The notes beneath the pieces are model-generated. The model made no database searches, was not told the DNA's origin, and saw only the letters and a program-made list of their open reading frames with translations. Shown here piece after piece: positions 7,408 through 12,448 of a stretch of DNA of 12,448 nt (position 1 is the stretch's first letter; each line of letters starts with the position of its first letter). Made by a program: the position numbers and the translations under genes. This DNA comes from a virus (Duplodnaviria > Heunggongvirae > Uroviricota > Caudoviricetes). The DNA is taken from IMG/VR virus record IMGVR_UViG_3300045747_000063, positions 1-12,448 of that record. One strand, given 5' to 3'.

Positions 7408-8576
7408 TTACAGTAAAAACTCTCCTTTCCGAAGCCAAGAAGCCTGTTGCAGGACACGTCATTCACCTTTTGACTAATCCACAAGTGACAGGTAAAGAAG
7501 TAGACAACCTTGAAAATTCTATTTCTCAACCGGGAAAGAAACATATATATCACACCTCCGATATCAAGCCTGAGACAAAGGCGTTCTATCAAGGTGCGAT
7601 GAGCAACCACAAACATTTCTTCGCCAAAGATGGCGAGGTTAAGACCGTGTTTGACGCTGTAGATAAAGTGAAAGGCGATAAGAAACCAATCACAGTTATG
7701 ACACACCCAAATCAGGTCGATGCATTAACAGCATCGTTTAAGACAACTCATCCAGACGAGAACATCAAGGTGAAACCGCTCTTACATGACAAGGAAGCTC
7801 CAATCAAGGACAAGAAACAATTGGCTCTCATCCACCCGTCCGTTCCACGTGAACAAGCGAAGAAGATGATTGGTGAAGCACTTGAGGTTGGCGACTTCGT
7901 TACAAATGGTTTGGTTGAAGGCGAAATCATCAACATTCACCCACGATATGCAGTCATCGTTGAAAACGGCAATGAACACAGAGTGTGGATTGAGCAATTG
8001 GACTTTATCGAAGGTGAAGCAAACCAGAATCGTATCTACAAAGAATCATACAAGTATCGCGGCTACAAGTCTAAGAATTTGACACGCGAACTCGCAGAAG
8101 AATTCAGAGAACTATCGAAGTCAACAGAAGACGTGTATGCACTCCTAAATTGCTTGAAGTCGTGTGACTTTATCATGGGGTCAACATCAGATAGCATCCA
8201 AGAAGACTTCAAAAACACCCGCATTCAGCTTGAACGCGCCAAGCGTTACACGAGTAAGTTTGGCATAAATATATCTGAGAAACTTGAATTTGTTGAAGAA
8301 AATTGCCTGCAACACGCAATTATCGAAGGTGTTGCATTTACCACCACCGACAAAAACATGATTGCAAAGTTGATTGCATCCGTGGCAGATGAATCGCCAA
8401 CTGGAATAGACCCAACCGCAATAATCAATAAAGCAGTTCAGAAATTAAGACTCGCTCAACTAACTCCACCAGGTTGGAAGATAGTTGGTCGAATGTTAGC
8501 AGTTGCAACCAAAGCTGGCATCCGTTGGAACAAGGATACGTTCAGCAAATCACAATTAGAAATGATGGGACTATAA
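7404..8576 (+). CDS. 390-aa divergent homologue of the T4-like phage cytidylyltransferase-like protein (HIGH-family fold plus SH3-like domain), catalytic motif degenerate
   Basis: ATGA overlap with the previous gene. Collinear resemblance to the cyanomyovirus cytidylyltransferase as recalled: NPQVTGKE vs NPPTTGHE, IKPETK vs LDPD.K, KTVFDAV vs RTIFDVL, EVGDFV...GEII...Y......RVWIEQL vs .VG..V...G.II...N......KSWI.DV. Leader MITVKTLLSE. Confidence 0.85.
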   Translation: MITVKTLLSEAKKPVAGHVIHLLTNPQVTGKEVDNLENSISQPGKKHIYHTSDIKPETKAFYQGAMSNHKHFFAKDGEVKTVFDAVDKVKGDKKPITVMTHPNQVDALTASFKTTHPDENIKVKPLLHDKEAPIKDKKQLALIHPSVPREQAKKMIGEALEVGDFVTNGLVEGEIINIHPRYAVIVENGNEHRVWIEQLDFIEGEANQNRIYKESYKYRGYKSKNLTRELAEEFRELSKSTEDVYALLNCLKSCDFIMGSTSDSIQEDFKNTRIQLERAKRYTSKFGINISEKLEFVEENCLQHAIIEGVAFTTTDKNMIAKLIASVADESPTGIDPTAIINKAVQKLRLAQLTPPGWKIVGRMLAVATKAGIRWNKDTFSKSQLEMMGL

Positions 8577-9770
8577 ATGGCTACCAAAATCCAAAGCTTC
8601 AAAGACCACCTAACCGTTGAAGGCTCAGACGACCGCGCCGAACGTGCATTGACATTTGGTCACACCCAATTGGCAACAACATCGAAATCACCAGCCAAGA
8701 ACAAAGCTATGGTAATCCCAAGAGCTGGTAACGGCCCAACAACATATCACGCAGACCGTGCGGCAGCACAGACTCACATTGATACACATGGTTTGGGTGG
8801 AAGTCACCAAATCGTCAATGCGTCTACAGAATACGCAATGGAGTTGATGGCTAAGTTGATGAGCGAAGGCGACGACCAAACTGACTTCGCATTGATGCTT
8901 GAATCAATTCTGTTGGAAAACTACGACAGTCCAGTGTTGATGCAAGATAGCCTCGATGATGTCAAGAAGAGTGCTGCTAAATTGAGCGCACAAGCACGCA
9001 AGGCAACTGATGCACTCGACGGTGGAACATCTGACCAACACAAGAAGGCTGCAAATCTTCACGCTATTGCTGCTCACGAACACCGAAAAGCCCTGAATAT
9101 GATTCACAACAAGGTTGACAATTTGACCTATCAAATCCGCAATGCTGCGCACCCATCTTCTATCAATAATCTACACGATGGTTTGCTAGGAGAACTTCAA
9201 TCCAAGCGCACCGACTTGGAAAATGATAGTTTTGACCACAGCAAAGAAATTGCCAGTCACCACAAGGAAATTGGATATCACACATCGAACGTAAACGAAG
9301 GAACCGAAATGGCAACTCTAAAATCGCTTTCAGAAGCATTCAGCGGAATCTTGCAAGCAGCTAAAGATAAAGCAAACACACCACCAAAGAAGAAGTATGG
9401 TGAACGTGATGGCGATGAAGATGACAAGAAAACATACTCAGGTGCACTAGGTGATGCATTGGGTATCAAGGCCAAGAAAGAACCATCCAAGGGCGACCTA
9501 ACTCGCGGCGAAATGAAGGGTGTTGGTAAGGTTCGTCGTCACGTGTGCACAGAAGGCGTTGATTTCACCGTGTACCAAGTTGGAACAAAGTTCGTTGCTC
9601 AAATCGTTGAAGGTGAGGAAGTTGTATTTGAATGTGCAGCACCAACAGAAGCTGGCGCAATCGCTCAAACAAATCGCATCATCGAACAAACACTTGAAGC
9701 TTGCGCTGAAACTCAAGTAGCTTCAGTTGAAGCAGCAAAGAGCGTAGCAAAGAAGGTGACATCGAAATGA
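8577..9770 (+). CDS. 397-aa hypothetical protein, probable multi-segment internal head protein with an internal in-frame start at 9309
   Basis: Starts immediately after the previous TAA. Leader MATKIQSFKDHLTVE. His-periodic helical segment. Internal GAAGGA SD plus ATG GCA ACT CTA AAA at 9309. Confidence 0.85.
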   Translation: MATKIQSFKDHLTVEGSDDRAERALTFGHTQLATTSKSPAKNKAMVIPRAGNGPTTYHADRAAAQTHIDTHGLGGSHQIVNASTEYAMELMAKLMSEGDDQTDFALMLESILLENYDSPVLMQDSLDDVKKSAAKLSAQARKATDALDGGTSDQHKKAANLHAIAAHEHRKALNMIHNKVDNLTYQIRNAAHPSSINNLHDGLLGELQSKRTDLENDSFDHSKEIASHHKEIGYHTSNVNEGTEMATLKSLSEAFSGILQAAKDKANTPPKKKYGERDGDEDDKKTYSGALGDALGIKAKKEPSKGDLTRGEMKGVGKVRRHVCTEGVDFTVYQVGTKFVAQIVEGEEVVFECAAPTEAGAIAQTNRIIEQTLEACAETQVASVEAAKSVAKKVTSK

Positions 9771-10336
9771 GTTTACTCCCACAAAAAGGTGAGAAGATTT
9801 CCAGTTATATAAAAGACTTCAATCCAGTTCCAGCAAAAAGCGAAATCAAATCTGCATTGAAAGCTGGTGTAGCTGGTGTCAAGAAGGCTGCAAGCATTTT
9901 CACAAATCCTGTCAAGGCTGCTAACAAGCGTCTTGGTGAGGAATTGGAAACTGCAACAAAGAAAATTCCAAAGGGTGACAGCACTGCACCAAACGAAGGT
10001 TCTTCTCTCGGTAAAGCTGTGCACGCAAAATCATCGTACACGCAAAAAGACCCGCAGCCAACAAAAGTAACTGAGTCTGACGATGCAATCGGAAAACTCT
10101 TGGCAGACAAGCACGACTTGAATGTTACAACAGTCAAAAAATCTTCAACTGGTTCAACACACGTTAGCGTAAACAACGCAGCAGGCGCAGACGATTTGAA
10201 GAAAGCAAACCAAACATTGAAAGATGCTGGATATGCTAAACATGTAGCTGTGCACGCACCACAGAAGATGACTCTTGGTGGAAGATTTGAACGTCCAAAG
10301 GGAGATGCAGCAAATACTTCCAGTGGAAATGACTAA
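9767..10336 (+). CDS. 189-aa Lys-rich hypothetical protein, possible internal head protein
   Basis: ATGA overlap with the previous gene. About 27 Lys (hand count), no hydrophobic stretch, phage-typical codons. Confidence 0.8.
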   Translation: MSLLPQKGEKISSYIKDFNPVPAKSEIKSALKAGVAGVKKAASIFTNPVKAANKRLGEELETATKKIPKGDSTAPNEGSSLGKAVHAKSSYTQKDPQPTKVTESDDAIGKLLADKHDLNVTTVKKSSTGSTHVSVNNAAGADDLKKANQTLKDAGYAKHVAVHAPQKMTLGGRFERPKGDAANTSSGND

Positions 10337-10337
10337 C

Positions 10338-10345
10338 AATAAATA
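10338..10345 (+). promoter_or_regulatory. Putative late promoter (AATAAATA)
   Basis: Intergenic, 7/8 consensus, followed by AAAGGAG SD (10358-10364) and GTG 10372. Confidence 0.7.
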
Positions 10346-10371
10346 GTATCACAATATAAAGGAGCAACACC

Positions 10372-11406
10372 GTGTCCCAATACTCATACACAAAAAAGCC
10401 AAACTTCCTTGCTGACGCAAAGCGTCCATTCAAGTTGACAGAAGCATCTTGCATTTTGAGCAACTCAGCCACAACTTGCACACGCGCAGCAGGAAGCTTC
10501 ATCACTGACGGCGTAGTGGTTGGTCAAACAATTACAGGCCCAGGAGTAGTAGCAGGTACAACCGTATCCGCCGTGAACTCTGCGACCTCGATTACCCTAT
10601 CACAAAACACAACATCATCTGCGGCTGGCACTGTTGAACTTTTGTTTGCATCAGCTTCTTTGCCAATTACATACGCTGCACCAGAAGGTTGGATTCAACC
10701 AGGTGTTGGTGGAAATAACGGCGTTGCAATCCAATCTGCTTCATGGTCTGGTAGCGTTCTTACATACAACGCAACCGCACACGGACTTGTAACAGGTCAA
10801 GATGCTTTGATTACTGGTGTTATCGGTGGAACTGTTGCCGATGCATACAACGGTCATAAGGCTGCTGTAACTGTAGTTACTGCTGACCAATTCACTGTTG
10901 CACAAACTGTTAACCCAGGACTTGCAACTGTTGTTGCAACATTGAGCAAGGTTTGGAGCATTTACGAAGTTATTGTCTCAATGGGTGGTTTGGATACTAC
11001 ATATGCAGACTTCTTGACAATCCCAACATTCGCCGCAGCAGTTACATTGGCTGGTACAGGTGTGGGTGGTACATTCCACTACAAGACAGGTGATGTTTTC
11101 ACAGTTATTTTGACTGCATCTGAACCAATCGCAGTAAACGTTGGTGCAGGTCTACCAACATTGCAGTTGAACATCACATCTGGTGCAAAACAAGCCGTAT
11201 ACAACCCAGCGTTGTCCGGTGCAAGCACTATGGCGTTCTCGTATACGCTAGTAGCTGGTGATATCGCAACCGCCACAAACGTAACAACAGGAACAACCGT
11301 AGCAGCAAACGGCGGGGTATTCAACGACATCGCAGGAAACAGCCAAGCTGGTTTCACACCAGGCTCGTTCACCGCCGCTGCAATAACTACTGTTGCATTC
11401 AACTAA
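10372..11406 (+). CDS. 344-aa modular beta-rich virion structural protein (head decoration/adhesin-like, C-terminal Ig-like domain)
   Basis: Strong SD and late promoter. Thr/Ala/Gly/Val-rich. Modules: GQTITGPGV.AGTTV..V.SATSITLS; TAHGLVTG....ITGV.G......NG....VTV..ADQFTV; YKTGD.F.V.L..SEPI.V..G.PTL.L......A.Y....SG..T.AFSYT..AGD....NGG...D.AGN (bacterial adhesin Ig-like repeat). Confidence 0.85.
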   Translation: MSQYSYTKKPNFLADAKRPFKLTEASCILSNSATTCTRAAGSFITDGVVVGQTITGPGVVAGTTVSAVNSATSITLSQNTTSSAAGTVELLFASASLPITYAAPEGWIQPGVGGNNGVAIQSASWSGSVLTYNATAHGLVTGQDALITGVIGGTVADAYNGHKAAVTVVTADQFTVAQTVNPGLATVVATLSKVWSIYEVIVSMGGLDTTYADFLTIPTFAAAVTLAGTGVGGTFHYKTGDVFTVILTASEPIAVNVGAGLPTLQLNITSGAKQAVYNPALSGASTMAFSYTLVAGDIATATNVTTGTTVAANGGVFNDIAGNSQAGFTPGSFTAAAITTVAFN

Positions 11407-11413
11407 TAATATC

Positions 11414-11435
11414 GGGGTGAGTTAAGTCTCACCCC
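11414..11435 (+). other. GC-rich intergenic hairpin GGGGTGAG-TTAAGT-CTCACCCC (terminator-like or mRNA-stabilising)
   Basis: Perfect 8-bp inverted repeat with a 6-nt loop, 7 nt after the stop at 11406. No adjacent U-tract on either strand, so it is not a canonical intrinsic terminator. Confidence 0.65.
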
Positions 11436-11460
11436 ACTCATTTGATAAAGGAGCATCACC

Positions 11461-11892
11461 TTGGCAGACAAGAAAATTTCCGAATTAGTTTCGGCTACCA
11501 CAGTTAACACAACCGACTACTTCCCAATCGTGCAGGGTGGAACTACTCTCAAGCTCGATTTTGCAACGTTGTTGTCGCATCTTCCAGCACCAGCAATTGA
11601 ATTGCCTGCTCAAGAATCACCGGCATCTGGTGCGTTGTCAACTGCAATCAAGACCTCTCTAGTCACCAGTACAACCGGAGCAACCAACTACACATTGGCT
11701 GCTGGTACACATGGTACAAAGAAAGTAATTGCGGCACAAACAATGGGTGGTGCAGCAACTGCTGTTATCACAGTAACAAGTGGAACTGGATTCACAACAT
11801 TGACTTTCAATGCAGCAGGCGACTACGTTTCTCTTGAGAACATCAATGGATTCTGGTTCATCTCTGGAAACACAAGCGTTGTAGCAGCATAA
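11461..11892 (+). CDS. 143-aa virion structural protein (T4-like ADKKISEL family, fibre/decoration-like)
   Basis: AAAGGAG SD plus TTG start. N-terminal KKISEL..AT.....DYFPIVQGG...K motif typical of phage fibre/structural N-termini. YTLAAG..G..K and TLTFNA.GD.V.L......WFI pattern. Confidence 0.8.
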   Translation: MADKKISELVSATTVNTTDYFPIVQGGTTLKLDFATLLSHLPAPAIELPAQESPASGALSTAIKTSLVTSTTGATNYTLAAGTHGTKKVIAAQTMGGAATAVITVTSGTGFTTLTFNAAGDYVSLENINGFWFISGNTSVVAA

Positions 11893-11906
11893 TCTGGTGA
11901 AGAAAA

Positions 11907-12448
11907 TTGGATATTAAATTAACACAGCTTCCAGAAGCAGCATCGAGCGCGTCCGATGACCTGTTTATGGTTGTGCAAAATGGAGTGAACAAGAAAATAT
12001 CTTTGACAACATTGTTGAAGACACTTGACTCGTTTGACAATATCCAAATCAATCCGTCTAGACGACCAATTGACCTTAGAATTAGTTCAAGCAACTCCAC
12101 AAATCTGTTTTACATTGACGGCTCTGCCGACTTCATCGGGGTTGACACTGCGACACCACAAGCGAAATTCCATGTAAATGGAAACATCAAAGTTGGAAGT
12201 ATCGCAGATGATGGAGTCTTTTTGAATTCAGCCGAAGATATCACCTTCACAAATGCTACTGATGCACCAGAAGGTGTTGGTTATTTCAAGCCGCTTAACG
12301 CGGCAAGAGAAATATCAAACTTGTATGTTGATACAGGTCTTAGCATTGGACAATTCGATTTGGGTAACGGAATTTCGGGCCAGTATAAAACATTGACCGC
12401 TGTTACTCTTCCAAGTGGAGCAAAAGCGACTGTGAAGGTTGCGGCTGG
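11907..12448 (+). CDS. Partial structural/fibre protein, paralogue of 11461-11892 (runs off the window; not in the ORF track)
   Basis: GGTGA SD plus TTG at 11907. Open to the window end: MDIKLTQLPEAASSASDDLFMVVQNGVNKKISL...FIGVDTATPQAKFHVNGNIKV...FDLGNGISGQYKTL. IG..T.TP...FHV.GNI is a common phage fibre repeat. Confidence 0.8.
   Translation, partial: MDIKLTQLPEAASSASDDLFMVVQNGVNKKISLTTLLKTLDSFDNIQINPSRRPIDLRISSSNSTNLFYIDGSADFIGVDTATPQAKFHVNGNIKVGSIADDGVFLNSAEDITFTNATDAPEGVGYFKPLNAAREISNLYVDTGLSIGQFDLGNGISGQYKTLTAVTLPSGAKATVKVAA

Noticed and set aside
8264-8271. CATAAATA inside the 7404-8576 gene
   Set aside because: About 300 nt from the next start and within coding sequence. A few chance matches are expected in A-rich DNA.
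1504-11402. Numerous minus-strand ORFs of 60-123 aa (e.g. 2343-2654, 9805-10176, 11079-11402) and short alternative-frame plus ORFs
   Set aside because: All lie within well-supported plus-strand genes, lack SDs and recognisable motifs, and are the expected shadows of strong codon bias.
24-11892. Stop-codon reassignment (no gene ends in TAG)
   Set aside because: Genes are full-length under the standard code and none is interrupted by TAG or TGA. TAA preference is normal for such phages.
1-12448. tRNA, rRNA, CRISPR array or IS element
   Set aside because: Intergenic gaps are at most about 55 nt once the 972-1070 ORF is counted, with no cloverleaf, repeat-spacer array, transposase or terminal inverted repeats.

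Overview
A 12.4 kb stretch of a T4-like (Tevenvirinae-type, probably distantly related) myovirus late/morphogenesis region. All credible genes are on the + strand and tightly packed. Core genes run gp13 (neck), gp14 (neck), gp15 (tail terminator), gp16 (terminase small) and gp17 (terminase large). Three departures from T4 stand out. (i) A 32-codon hydrophobic ORF missed by the ORF track fills the gp13-gp14 gap. (ii) A 659-aa His/Lys-rich gene with a lone three-Cys cluster (Gp88-like) splits terS from terL. (iii) Where T4 has gp18, there is a late-promoter-driven run of five charged, mostly His-rich genes. Most begin with a T4 capsid-targeting-sequence-like leader ending in a gp21 protease (I/L)-x-E site, and two look like catalytically degenerate enzymes (GNAT-like, cytidylyltransferase-like). 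The window ends with a mosaic Thr/Ala/Gly-rich virion decoration/adhesin-like protein and two tandem paralogous TTG-start structural genes, the last truncated. No GATC site was found by eye in the whole window. The best candidate for an undescribed system is the set of capsid-packaged, protease-matured, probably co-ejected pseudo-enzyme and His-rich proteins. All family assignments come from motif recognition by eye, not database searches.
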